64,000 bases of DNA from Acidobacteriota bacterium. Lineage in GTDB: Bacteria > Acidobacteriota > UBA6911 > RPQK01. Both the position numbers and the translations under genes were made by a program. Location of the stretch: assembly GCA_041946865.1 (NCBI GenBank), contig JBHGBF010000042.1, positions 31 to 64,030 on the forward strand, given 5' to 3'. Below are positions 55,065 through 64,000 of this stretch, in pieces. Numbering within the stretch: position 1 is the first letter of the stretch; every line of letters starts with the position of its first letter. The notes under the pieces are model-generated. The model saw nothing but the letters and a program-made list of their open reading frames with translations, ran no database searches and was not told the DNA's origin.

Positions 55065-56237
55065 GTGCCTGCCCTTATGCGTCTCACTCATGCGGTGATG
55101 GACAGGGATTTCCTCGAGCTGTGCAGCAGGGCTGAAGCGTCTTTGCTGGAGCTCCTCGATAGGCTCGTTAACCTGCCCTCTCCTTCAGGCGACAAACAGC
55201 TGGTCGACGCCGTCAGTCGCCTGGTGGCTGCCGGTCTGCGTCAAAATCAGATTCCTGCGACTGTCATCCCCAAAGAGTCCGTCGGCGACATTGTCTGGGG
55301 CGAATGGCGGCCGGAGCGCGCCGCGGAGGGTCGTATCCTTGTTCTGTGTCACTTGGATACCGTGTGGCCCGCTGACGCCTCCGGCCGGAACCCTTTCAGG
55401 GTCGACGGCGAGAGGATCTACGGGCCGGGCGTCTTCGACATGAAGGCCGGTGTCGCGCTGACTCTGAAAGTTCAGGAGTTTCTGTCAGGCGGGGTCATTC
55501 GGCCGTGCCGTACCGTTCGATTCCTTTACACGACCGACGAAGAGATCGGCAGTTACGAAAGCCGGCAGATCATCGAGGAATTTGCCGGGCAAAGCGACAT
55601 CGTCCTGGTAACCGAGCCGCCTCTGCCGGGCGGAGGCTTGAAAACGTTTCGCAAGGGCAGCGGGATGTACCGTGTCGATGTGACGGGGCGCGCCTCGCAT
55701 GCCGGACTGGAGCCGGAGAAGGGAATCAATGCCATCGAGGAGCTCGCGCTCCAGATTGCCGAAATCAAAGGTCTGGAAGACCGCGCAAAAGGAACGACGC
55801 TGACCTTTACCCTGATCGAGGGAGGGACGGCTTGTAACGTCGTCCCGGATCACGCCTCGGCGTCTATCGACGTGAGATTCCGTGAAGAGACCGAAGGGAA
55901 GCGGGTCGACCAGGGGCTGCGCAGGCGGCACGCGCGGACCCGCGGGGCGCGGACAGAGGTCTTGGGATCGATCGACCGGCCGGTCATGGCGCCGACTGCC
56001 AGGACGCGGGAAGTGTCTGCTTCGGCCCGGAACATCGCCCGGGAGCTGGGGCTGGATCTTTGGGAAGGAGAAGCCGGAGGCGGGAGCGACGGAAACTTCA
56101 CCGCGGCGCTCGGTGTTCCGACGCTCGATGGTCTGGGCGTCGAAGGGGAAGGGGCGCATACCTGGGACGAGCACGTCCTGCGCCGCTCGGTGGTTCCCCG
56201 CCTGGCGCTGCTGGCCAGGCTGATCGAGAGGCTGTAG
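55065..56237 (+). CDS. M20-family metallopeptidase (ArgE/DapE/CPG2-like)
   Basis: Metal-binding 'CHLDTVWP', 'GVFDMKAG', 'DEEIGS' and a C-terminal 'GGGSDGNF' dimerisation-domain motif. Confidence 0.8.
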   Translation: MPALMRLTHAVMDRDFLELCSRAEASLLELLDRLVNLPSPSGDKQLVDAVSRLVAAGLRQNQIPATVIPKESVGDIVWGEWRPERAAEGRILVLCHLDTVWPADASGRNPFRVDGERIYGPGVFDMKAGVALTLKVQEFLSGGVIRPCRTVRFLYTTDEEIGSYESRQIIEEFAGQSDIVLVTEPPLPGGGLKTFRKGSGMYRVDVTGRASHAGLEPEKGINAIEELALQIAEIKGLEDRAKGTTLTFTLIEGGTACNVVPDHASASIDVRFREETEGKRVDQGLRRRHARTRGARTEVLGSIDRPVMAPTARTREVSASARNIARELGLDLWEGEAGGGSDGNFTAALGVPTLDGLGVEGEGAHTWDEHVLRRSVVPRLALLARLIERL

Positions 56238-56500
56238 CCGCGGCTCTGTCACCTTTGACGAGCGAAAGGCCCGCCCGAAGCCGTGAACTACGAACAGGTC
56301 GGGCGGCTGCATCTGCGCTGCGTGTGGGGCGCGGCTTCGGTCAGGCTCGCCGGTTTCGGCGGCTAACCCCCGTGCCTGCCGATAGTTTGACTAACATCCG
56401 GCATTAAAATAGACTCACTTCTGTTGCCTTGTCAGGCGCAGGGGTAATGAGCGCCTGCAGAACCAATTTCAACCGACACCAGGGAGGAGACGCGTCTGCG

Positions 56501-57727
56501 ATGAATCACGACGGTGGGGAGAAGATCTATTTTCGAGAGAACAGAATCCAGGTCCCTGACAAACCCATAATCCCGTTCATTGAGGGGGACGGCACCGGCC
56601 CGGATATCTGGAGAGCGACCCGGCGGGTGCTTGACGGCGCTGTTCAGGCGGCCTACGGCGGGCGCCGGGAGATCGCGTGGCGCGAAGTGCTGGCTGGAGA
56701 GAAAGCCAAACAGAAGACGGGAGAGTGGCTCCCCAAGGAAACGGTTGACACCATTTCCACTCACCTGGTCGCGATCAAAGGTCCGTTAACCACACCGGTA
56801 GGCGGAGGCATTCGCAGCCTGAACGTGACCTTGCGGCAAGTCCTGGATCTTTACGCGTGCGTCCGTCCCTGCCGGTACATCCCGGGCGTTCCTTCACCGG
56901 TCAGAGAGCCTCACAAGCTCGACGTCGTGATATACCGCGAGAACACGGAGGACGTGTACGCGGGTATCGAGTGGCCCGCCGGGTCGCAGGAATCTTCGGC
57001 CCTCATCGATTTCATCAACAGCCGTTTCTCGAAACAAATCAGGCCCGACTCGGGCATAGGGATCAAGCCGATATCCCTTTTCGGCACGCGGCGCCTGGTC
57101 CGCATGGGAATTCGCCATGCCCTCGACAACGGCCTGAAGCGTGTGACGCTCGTCCACAAAGGCAACATCATGAAGTTTACCGAAGGCGCGTTTCGAGACT
57201 GGGGCTACCAGGTGGCTCGCGAGGAATTCAAAGATTTCTGCATCGAAGAGCAGGAATTGTGGGACAAGTACGGCGGGCGCATCCCGGACGGCAAGATCCT
57301 CGTCAATGATCGGATTGCGGACGCCATGTTTCAGCAGATCCTGCTGCGGCCCGATGAGTACCAGGTGCTGGTGACACCGAACTTGAACGGGGACTACCTT
57401 TCCGACGCCTGTGCCGCCCAGATCGGCGGGCTCGGAATGGCGCCGGGAGCGAATATCGGCGATCGAGTGGCCTTTTTTGAGGCGACACACGGGACCGCGC
57501 CTAAATACGCGGGGCAGGACAAGGTGAATCCGGGGTCATTGATTCTGTCCGGTGTCATGATGCTGCAGTACCTGGGCTGGAAGGAAGCAGCCGAAGCGAT
57601 TTATTCCGGGCTGGCCAAGACCATTCAGCAGCGCCGGGTCACGTACGACCTCGAGCGCCAGATGGAAGGCGCGGTGGTCTTGAGGACGAGCGAGTTCGCA
57701 TCAGCCATCATCGAGAACATGAACTGA
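56501..57727 (+). CDS. icd: Isocitrate dehydrogenase (NADP-dependent, prokaryotic type)
   Basis: '[14 protein letters not shown]' N-terminal motif and the '[27 protein letters not shown]' IDH signature. Start set at the ATG carrying a GGGAGGAG ribosome-binding site. Confidence 0.9.
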   Translation: MNHDGGEKIYFRENRIQVPDKPIIPFIEGDGTGPDIWRATRRVLDGAVQAAYGGRREIAWREVLAGEKAKQKTGEWLPKETVDTISTHLVAIKGPLTTPVGGGIRSLNVTLRQVLDLYACVRPCRYIPGVPSPVREPHKLDVVIYRENTEDVYAGIEWPAGSQESSALIDFINSRFSKQIRPDSGIGIKPISLFGTRRLVRMGIRHALDNGLKRVTLVHKGNIMKFTEGAFRDWGYQVAREEFKDFCIEEQELWDKYGGRIPDGKILVNDRIADAMFQQILLRPDEYQVLVTPNLNGDYLSDACAAQIGGLGMAPGANIGDRVAFFEATHGTAPKYAGQDKVNPGSLILSGVMMLQYLGWKEAAEAIYSGLAKTIQQRRVTYDLERQMEGAVVLRTSEFASAIIENMN

Positions 57728-57746
57728 GAGCACCTTCGGAGGGCGT

Positions 57747-58703
57747 ATGCCACGCTGTGAAAGGAACAAGGTCACGGTCATTGGAGCGGGGAATGTCGGG
57801 GCTAATGTCGCCCAGAGACTGGTCGAGAAAGAACTGTGCGATGTGACCTTGGTCGACGTCGTCGAAGGGCTGCCCCAAGGCAAGGCGCTCGATCTTCTCG
57901 AATCCGGTCCTCTGCAGGATTACGACTCCTTTCTGACGGGGAGCAACACTTATGAGGCGAGCGAGGGATCGGACATAATCGTGGTGACGGCGGGTCTGGC
58001 CCGGAAACCGGGGATGAGCCGGGACGATCTCCTTCTGAAAAACGCCGCCATCGTACAGGACGTCGTTCAGCGCGCCACGCGCTACAGCCCCTACGCCATC
58101 ATCCTGGTGGTCAGCAACCCGCTCGACGCCATGTGTCACGTGGCGATGTGGACCAGCCAGTTCCCCAGGGAACGTGTGGTGGGCATGGCGGGCGTGCTTG
58201 ACTCCGCCCGCCTGCGGACCTTTATCGCCCAGGAGCTCGAGGTGTCGGTCGAAAGCACCCAGGCGTTCGTGCTGGGCGGTCATGGCGACACCATGGTGCC
58301 GATGGTCCGTTACTCAACGGTCGGCGGCATTCCGATCACGGAGCTGCTCCCGCAGGAGAAGATTGATGCGCTGATCGCGCGGACCCGTGAGGGAGGCGCT
58401 GAAATCGTGAAGCTTTTGAAGACCGGCAGCGCCTTCTATGCCCCGTCGGCGGCTGTCGCCGAGATGGTGGAATCGATCCTCCATGACGAGAAGAAAATCC
58501 TTCCCTGCGCCGCGTACTTGAGGGGCGAGTACGGCATCAATGATCTGTTTATCGGCGTCCCGGTGAAGCTCGGTTGCCGTGGTGTGGAAGAGGTCATTCA
58601 GATCAAACTGAAGGATAACGAGCGGGCGGCCCTGGAGCAATCAGCCGCATCTGTGCAGGAACTCGTCGACGTGCTGAAAAACCACGGTTTTTTGAAGGGC
58701 TAA
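57747..58703 (+). CDS. mdh: Malate dehydrogenase (LDH-like family)
   Basis: '[16 protein letters not shown]' Rossmann motif and the catalytic His context '[11 protein letters not shown]'. 318 aa. Confidence 0.85.
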   Translation: MPRCERNKVTVIGAGNVGANVAQRLVEKELCDVTLVDVVEGLPQGKALDLLESGPLQDYDSFLTGSNTYEASEGSDIIVVTAGLARKPGMSRDDLLLKNAAIVQDVVQRATRYSPYAIILVVSNPLDAMCHVAMWTSQFPRERVVGMAGVLDSARLRTFIAQELEVSVESTQAFVLGGHGDTMVPMVRYSTVGGIPITELLPQEKIDALIARTREGGAEIVKLLKTGSAFYAPSAAVAEMVESILHDEKKILPCAAYLRGEYGINDLFIGVPVKLGCRGVEEVIQIKLKDNERAALEQSAASVQELVDVLKNHGFLKG

Positions 58704-58735
58704 CCGCGGATCAACCCGAAATACGACTGACACGG

Positions 58736-58886
58736 TAATGCCTCAGTCTTGTTTGTAGCGCCGCCTTCAGGCGGGCTTTTTCGAACTGTAACCGCTCTCA
58801 ATGTCAACTGCGGTTCGAAAAAGCCCGTAACCCCTCAGTTTTTTGTTCGGAGTGTGGCAGCAACGAGGAGAGAGGCCGGTGCTTTC
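58736..58886. repeat. REP/MITE-like element copy B (left arm + truncated right arm + right-end module)
   Basis: The left arm 'gtaatgcctcagtcttgtttgtagcgccgccttcaggcgggctttttcgaac' matches copy A at 28086ff. The right-end 59 bp match copy C. It contains a GC hairpin plus T5 immediately after the mdh stop. Confidence 0.75.
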
Positions 58887-60020
58887 CTACCGTTTCTCTT
58901 AAGGAATGTCTTTCGGAACCGGAGGAGGACCGTCCTGACAGTCACGAGCATTGCGGTGTCCCTTTTTCTCGTGGCCACCCTCCTGACGGTCCTTTCCGAG
59001 TTGAACGAGCCGCCAAGCACGCCCGATTCGGCCCTGAGACTGATCAGCCGCCACAAGGTGTCGCTGGCCAACATCCTCCCGATGGCCCATCATGAGAAGA
59101 TAGCGTCCGTGCCGGGGGTCAAGGCGGTGGTCGGATCCATGTGGTTCGGCGGAGTGTACAAGGACCCGGCCAACTTTTTCGCCCAGTTTGCCCTGACCAC
59201 CGACCAGATGTTCGACGTGTACGGGGATGATCTGCGCATGAGCGAGGCCGAAAGGCAGGCATTCCTCAAAGACCGGACCGGCTGCATCGCCGGACGAAAG
59301 CTGGCCAGGCGTTTCAACTGGAAGCTTGGAGAGAAGATCTTTCTGAAGGGAACGATCTTTCCCGTGAATGCCGAGCTCACGTTGCGGGGGATCTACGAGG
59401 GTCCGGATGAAAGCTCCCTGTTCTTTCACTGGGAGTATTTCAATGAGGCGATGAACAACCAGAACTTTTGCGGCTTCTACGTGATCAAAGCGCAGTCCGC
59501 GGAGGCCGTTCCTTCGGTTGCTGAGAAAGTAGATGCTCTTTTTCAGAATTCCACTGCGCCGACCAAGACTGAGACAGAGAAGGCCTTCGTCCTGGGCTTC
59601 ATCTCGATGATGGGCAACGTCCAACTGCTGATTACCAGCATTTGCTCGGGTGTCATTTTTGCGATCGTCCTGGTGGCGGCCAACACCATGGCGATGTCGA
59701 TTCGAGAGCGGACGCGGGAAATCGGGATCCTGAAGGCGCTCGGTTTTCGGCGACGACACGTGCTGTTCCTTTTGTTGTCGGAGGCGATCGTCATCACTCT
59801 GGGCGGCTCTCTGATCGGCTCCTGGGGAGCGCGTCTTCTGTACTCGAGCCTGGACCTGTCGCAGATGACGGGCGGATTTCTGCAGCGTTTCTACGTCACG
59901 CCGCAGACGTTGGCCATCTGCGCGCTCATCGGACTGACTGTCGGTCTTGTATCGGCCGGAGTCCCGGCCTGGCAGGCTTCACGCCGTCCGGTGGTGGACG
60001 CGCTGAGAAGAGTCGTCTAA
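58749..60020 (+). CDS. ABC transporter permease, FtsX/MacB-like
   Basis: FtsX domain with 4 transmembrane segments and a large periplasmic loop ('GILKALGFRRRHVLFLLLSEA'). The 5' ~45 codons of the track ORF lie inside repeat copy B, so the start codon is uncertain. An in-frame GTG occurs near 58854. Confidence 0.65.
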   Translation: MFVAPPSGGLFRTVTALNVNCGSKKPVTPQFFVRSVAATRREAGAFLPFLLRNVFRNRRRTVLTVTSIAVSLFLVATLLTVLSELNEPPSTPDSALRLISRHKVSLANILPMAHHEKIASVPGVKAVVGSMWFGGVYKDPANFFAQFALTTDQMFDVYGDDLRMSEAERQAFLKDRTGCIAGRKLARRFNWKLGEKIFLKGTIFPVNAELTLRGIYEGPDESSLFFHWEYFNEAMNNQNFCGFYVIKAQSAEAVPSVAEKVDALFQNSTAPTKTETEKAFVLGFISMMGNVQLLITSICSGVIFAIVLVAANTMAMSIRERTREIGILKALGFRRRHVLFLLLSEAIVITLGGSLIGSWGARLLYSSLDLSQMTGGFLQRFYVTPQTLAICALIGLTVGLVSAGVPAWQASRRPVVDALRRVV

Positions 60021-60030
60021 GGGGGCGGCT

Positions 60031-61188
60031 ATGAAAATACCGTTGAAATACAACCTGCGCAGTCTTCTGGTCCGCTGGGTCGGAACGCTGATGACGGCAA
60101 TCGGAATCGGACTTACGGTAGCGATTTTCATCGTCATGAATGCCCTGGTCAACGGGCTTGACTCGACTTTCATTGAAACCGGGCATGAGAACCACCTGGT
60201 GGTGATCCGCCAGGGTTCGCTCAATGAGTCGAACAGCTACTTTGACCGGAGCCTGTACGATACGGTGCGACTGCTGGAGGGGGTGGCCCGAGATGCGGCT
60301 GGCGAACCCCTGGCCTCCGGGGAAATTACGGTCATCATCAACCATCCCCGGCTGACGGGTGAAAGCTCGAACGTTCTGATCCGTGGCGTGTCTGAGATGG
60401 GCTTCAAACTGAGGCCCGAGGTTAAAATCACTGCCGGAAGGAAGTTCCGCGAAGGGTTGCGTGAGCTGGTGGTCAGCGAATCGTTGTCCAAGCGCTTTAA
60501 GGACATGCAGCTGGGAAAGAGCATCCATATCGGTCGAAGCGACTGGCGAGTGGCAGGCCTGCTTCAGGCTGGGGGGACCGCCTACGATTCAGAGATCTGG
60601 GCGGGCTACCAGGATGTGGCCCAGGAATGGGACCGTCCCATTTACTCTTCCATCGTGGTTCAGGCCGTCGATGCCCAGGCCGCAAACCGGCTGAAGAAGA
60701 GGATCGAAGATGACCGGCGCATTCATCTTCAAGCGTTCGACCAGAAGGCTTACTTCCGCGAGCAGACGGTCAGCTCCATCGGAATCAAGGCGCTTGGCTT
60801 CTTTATCGCGGTAGTCATGGGCATCGGCTCCTGCTTTGCGGCCATGAACATGATGTACTCGGCGGTATTGGGGCGAATCAAGGAAGTGGGGACGCTTCGT
60901 GCGCTGGGATTCAAGCGCCGCAGCATTCTCTCTTCCTTCCTGGTTGAGTCGGTCATTCTCGCCCTCATCGGCGGGGTCCTCGGATGCCTGATGGCCTTGC
61001 CGCTGCACGGGCTCTCGACCGGGACGGCGAACTTCATGTCGTTCAGCGAAGTGCTGTTCCACTTCCGGATCACTCCTTCGATCCTGCTAAAGGGGCTGGC
61101 CTTTGCGGCTGTCGTAGGAGTCCTGGGAGGTATTCTCCCGGCCCGGCGGGCCGCGCGGATCAGGCTCGTCGAAGTGCTGCGGGATTAA
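60031..61188 (+). CDS. ABC transporter permease, FtsX/MacB-like
   Basis: 'LRALGFKRRSILSSFLVESVILALIGG' FtsX signature. 385 aa. Confidence 0.8.
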   Translation: MKIPLKYNLRSLLVRWVGTLMTAIGIGLTVAIFIVMNALVNGLDSTFIETGHENHLVVIRQGSLNESNSYFDRSLYDTVRLLEGVARDAAGEPLASGEITVIINHPRLTGESSNVLIRGVSEMGFKLRPEVKITAGRKFREGLRELVVSESLSKRFKDMQLGKSIHIGRSDWRVAGLLQAGGTAYDSEIWAGYQDVAQEWDRPIYSSIVVQAVDAQAANRLKKRIEDDRRIHLQAFDQKAYFREQTVSSIGIKALGFFIAVVMGIGSCFAAMNMMYSAVLGRIKEVGTLRALGFKRRSILSSFLVESVILALIGGVLGCLMALPLHGLSTGTANFMSFSEVLFHFRITPSILLKGLAFAAVVGVLGGILPARRAARIRLVEVLRD

Positions 61189-61302
61189 CCGCCCTTCTCT
61201 TGCGGTGGACTATAGTCGCATGACACCGAAAGAAAGCGTGAAGACACCTGACGGGCAGCTGATTATCGCTTACCGACAACTCGTAAACTGGAAGAGGCAA
61301 CA

Positions 61303-62463
61303 ATGGAGAAGGATTTGAAAGGTCTAAGGATAGACCCGGAGAGAAAGGGTAGTCTCAGAAGAGGCAGCACGATGAGCTGGCTCCTGGCCGTCGTGCTCCT
61401 GCTTGTGGGGGCTGTTGCTTTTGCCCTCTTCTCCGGGTATTTCAAGCCCGCCGCAGACACGTCCGCGGAAAAGCAGGGGGTGGGCGAACCGGCTGCAGCT
61501 CAAGCGACGGACACTCAGGAAACGGCCGGCGAGGTTCTGAAAGCGGCAGGCTACATCGTCGCCCATCACAAGATCCAAATCGGCTCCAAGGTCATGGGCA
61601 AGGTGGCTTGGATCGGCGTGGAGAAAGGCGACAAGGTGCGCCAAGGCCAGCCGCTTGTCCGCCTGGATGACCGGGAATACCGGGCTCAGGCGGAGCAGGC
61701 CGAAGCGGCGCTGCGAGCGGCGGAAGCCCGTCTCAAGGAACTGGAAACCGGCAACCGGCCCGAGGAAGTGGCGAGAGCCGAAGCGGAGCTTGCGCGCTAC
61801 CGGGCTGATGCCGCCAACGCCGCGCTGGAATGGAAACGTCTCCAGACACTCCTCGACAGCGGCGCGGTTGCCCAGCAGCAGGTGGACAACGCCAGGTCTC
61901 GCGCAGACATGGCCGAGGCGGCTGTGAAGGTGGCTGAACGCAACCTGGAGCTGATGCGGCTCGGGCCCAGGGCTGAGCAGATCTCGTCGGCCAGGGCCGA
62001 GGTGGATCGCGCCCGGGCCAGTCTCGACTATGCGCGCACGCTGCTGGACGCCACTGTGATTCGCGCGCCGATTGACGGCACCGTCTTGCAGAGAATCGTC
62101 GAGGTTGGGGAGATGGTGACCACCTCTTTTGCCGGCGAGATGGGCGCCAAGTCAGCCGTGGTCTCGCTCGCTGACCTCATGGACCTGCAAGTAGAGCTGG
62201 ATATCAGCCAGTCGGACTTTAACCGCCTCTCGCCGGACCAGGACTGCGTCATGAGCCCGGAAGCATACCCGGACCGCAAGTATCGATGCCGGATCGATGA
62301 GATTGCGCCCGAGGCCAATCGACAGAAGGCGACCATTCAGGTCAAGGTCAAGGTGCTCGAGCCCGATTCTTACCTTCGGCCGGAAATGACGGCGAACGTG
62401 ACGTTTACGAAAGACACGTCAAGCGCCGCTCTCGTCGATCGTCAAGCGACGACCGTTAATTGA
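61303..62463 (+). CDS. Efflux transporter periplasmic adaptor subunit (HlyD/MacA family)
   Basis: N-terminal transmembrane anchor, a biotinyl/lipoyl-like hairpin '[16 protein letters not shown]', a long coiled coil and a beta-barrel C-terminus. Confidence 0.8.
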   Translation: MEKDLKGLRIDPERKGSLRRGSTMSWLLAVVLLLVGAVAFALFSGYFKPAADTSAEKQGVGEPAAAQATDTQETAGEVLKAAGYIVAHHKIQIGSKVMGKVAWIGVEKGDKVRQGQPLVRLDDREYRAQAEQAEAALRAAEARLKELETGNRPEEVARAEAELARYRADAANAALEWKRLQTLLDSGAVAQQQVDNARSRADMAEAAVKVAERNLELMRLGPRAEQISSARAEVDRARASLDYARTLLDATVIRAPIDGTVLQRIVEVGEMVTTSFAGEMGAKSAVVSLADLMDLQVELDISQSDFNRLSPDQDCVMSPEAYPDRKYRCRIDEIAPEANRQKATIQVKVKVLEPDSYLRPEMTANVTFTKDTSSAALVDRQATTVN

Positions 62464-62477
62464 GTTGGGGTGACACT

Positions 62478-63176
62478 ATGAGCGAACCTCTTATTGAGAT
62501 ATCGGGTCTTACCAAGATTTTTCAGCGCGACAGCGTGGAAGTCCGGGCGCTGGACCGCCTCGACATGCAGGTCTTCCCAGGCGATTTCGTGTGCCTGATG
62601 GGCCCTTCGGGCTCAGGAAAGAGCACGCTCCTTAACATCATCGCCGGTGTGGACCGGCCCACCGATGGGGAGGTTATCGTGGCCGGCGCCGATCTGAATC
62701 AGATGACCGAGGATGAGCTGGCCTCCTGGCGGAACCATCATATCGGGTTTGTCTTTCAGCACTTCAACCTGATACCGGTCCTGACCGCCTTTGAAAACGT
62801 GGAACTGCCTCTGCTGCTGACCTCGCTCTCCAAGAAAGAGCGGCGCGAGCACGTCACGACCGCCATGAAACTGGTCGGGCTGCTGGACCGAATGGAGCAT
62901 TACCCGAGGCAGCTTTCGGGCGGTCAGGAGCAGCGGGTTGCGATCGCACGCGCCATTGTCACGGACCCGACCTGTGTCCTGGCCGACGAGCCGACCGGCG
63001 ATCTCGACGCCCAGTCGGCGCGTGAAGTGCTCGAGGTCCTGAAGGGCCTTAACGAGCAGTTCAAGAAAACCATTATGATGGTGACGCACGACCCGCACGC
63101 GGCGGCCTATGCGTCGACCAGATACACGCTGGAAAAAGGCGTGTTCTCGAAGGACGAGGCTCACCGGAGAACGTGA
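62478..63176 (+). CDS. ABC transporter ATP-binding protein (MacB/LolD-like)
   Basis: Walker A '[12 protein letters not shown]', signature '[14 protein letters not shown]' and Walker B '[10 protein letters not shown]'. Start set at the ATG 18 nt inside the TTG-initiated track ORF. Confidence 0.85.
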   Translation: MSEPLIEISGLTKIFQRDSVEVRALDRLDMQVFPGDFVCLMGPSGSGKSTLLNIIAGVDRPTDGEVIVAGADLNQMTEDELASWRNHHIGFVFQHFNLIPVLTAFENVELPLLLTSLSKKERREHVTTAMKLVGLLDRMEHYPRQLSGGQEQRVAIARAIVTDPTCVLADEPTGDLDAQSAREVLEVLKGLNEQFKKTIMMVTHDPHAAAYASTRYTLEKGVFSKDEAHRRT

Positions 63177-63874
63177 ACACCGTGACTGGCCCGGGTCACT
63201 CGCACAGCTCTTATTCCTCTTGGTTTCTGCTGCTGGTCGCGCTGAGTGTGACGAGTCTCATCACCTCAAACGTGATCGGCTCGAAGCTGGTCCGGCTGGG
63301 AGAGTTCGTGATCCCGGCCGGAATTCTCATCTTTCCGGTCAGTTACATCGTGGGTGACGTTCTTACCGAGGTGTACGGCTACCGCTCGGCGCGCCGCGTC
63401 ATCTGGCTGGGCTTCTTCTGCAATCTTCTGGCCGTCGGAGCGATAGCCGCAGCCGGGGCTTTGCCTGCGGCGAGCGTCTGGCCTCACCAGCCGGCCTACG
63501 AGGCGATTCTGGGCTACACCCCGCGTCTGGTCAGCGCGTCGTTTGTTGCCTACCTGGTCGGTGAATTCACCAACTCGTTCGTGCTAGCCCGCCTGAAGAT
63601 CGTGACCCGGGGACGCTGGCTCTGGACACGGACCATCGGCTCCACGATTGTCGGCCAGGGTTTCGATTCGCTGGCTTTCGTGTTCCTGGCTTTCGTCGGC
63701 GCCGTGCCCCCGGGGCTGCTGCTGTCGATTGCCCTCACGCAGTGGCTCGCCAAGTGCCTCTACGAGGCCTCGCTCACGCCCGCCACTTACTTCGTCATCC
63801 ACTTCCTGAAGAAACGCGAAGGGCTCGATACCTTCGACTACGCCACGTCGTTCAATCCCCTCTCGCTCAAGTGA
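63173..63874 (+). CDS. yhhQ: Queuosine-precursor transporter (YhhQ/DUF165, VUT family)
   Basis: 6 transmembrane segments with the conserved '[28 protein letters not shown]' YhhQ core. GTG start overlaps the upstream ATPase stop. Confidence 0.7.
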   Translation: MNTVTGPGHSHSSYSSWFLLLVALSVTSLITSNVIGSKLVRLGEFVIPAGILIFPVSYIVGDVLTEVYGYRSARRVIWLGFFCNLLAVGAIAAAGALPAASVWPHQPAYEAILGYTPRLVSASFVAYLVGEFTNSFVLARLKIVTRGRWLWTRTIGSTIVGQGFDSLAFVFLAFVGAVPPGLLLSIALTQWLAKCLYEASLTPATYFVIHFLKKREGLDTFDYATSFNPLSLK

Positions 63875-64000
63875 ACGGCCGGAGACGAGCGGGTTGTCCC
63901 GAGTCTTGGAGTGCGGCTCTGTTCCGCCTCTCTCGGCTCCCAGGGACAGAGTTCGTGTAAGTCCCTCATGGCATTTCGGGCCCTGGACTTTGGCGAAAGT

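Overview
High-GC (~63%) window from a Gram-negative bacterial chromosome. The gene content (many MFS and FtsX/MacB-type pumps, ECF sigma factor, giant signalling protein) is compatible with Acidobacteriota or a similar soil lineage, but taxonomy is not certain. Coding density is high and most genes are recognisable from their translations. Main contents follow.

1. pckA (231-1934, minus), then a complete Pho regulon on the minus strand (2105-10408): phoR-phoB, a tandem Pho-box-like repeat, an OprO/OprP-type porin, pstSCAB and phoU. The pst genes are translationally coupled through ATGA overlaps.
2. A three-gene operon (10571-16095) encoding a 1171-aa double BadF/BcrA-type ATPase fused to an HgdB-like domain, a 588-aa cysteine-rich HgdB/DUF2229-like protein and a 91-aa unknown protein.
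3. An ABATE/CGNR regulator divergent from a QueG-like 4Fe-4S protein.
4. A 2188-aa multidomain protein (18590-25156): a kinase-like domain that appears to lack both catalytic Asp residues, then P-loop NTPase, TPR, GAF, PAS, GAF, HisKA_3, HATPase and REC. A paralogous stand-alone PAS-HisKA_3 kinase sits at 28306-29784.
5. Two MFS transporters, a membrane VWA protein, a signal-peptide-bearing 2-hydroxyacid dehydrogenase, a nitrilase-family hydrolase, efp, a Cys/Met-metabolism PLP enzyme, a truncated CoA-transferase-B-like protein and mutL.
6. A cytochrome bd (CydA)-like membrane protein fused to a di-haem cytochrome c, with a paralogous membrane partner (37506-40206).
7. A small islet next to tRNA-Val(TAC) with two type II toxin-antitoxin pairs (vapBC, phd/vapC) bracketed by ~50-bp direct repeats, plus a frameshifted nucleotidyltransferase.
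8. An ECF sigma/anti-sigma pair, an M16-like protein without the zinc motif, a GDP-mannose block (manC and PGI/PMI), PSRP, an M20 peptidase, icd and mdh.
9. A MacAB-like ABC efflux cluster (two FtsX permeases, HlyD adaptor, ATPase) and a YhhQ-type queuosine-precursor transporter.

A family of palindromic REP/MITE-like elements with a 'gtaacc[gc]ctcag' terminus occurs in at least four intergenic sites. Two copies lie directly on the 5' ends of downstream genes.

My character-level coordinates for non-ORF features may be off by ±1-2 nt; CDS bounds come from the supplied ORF track. Many ORFs start with GTG or TTG.
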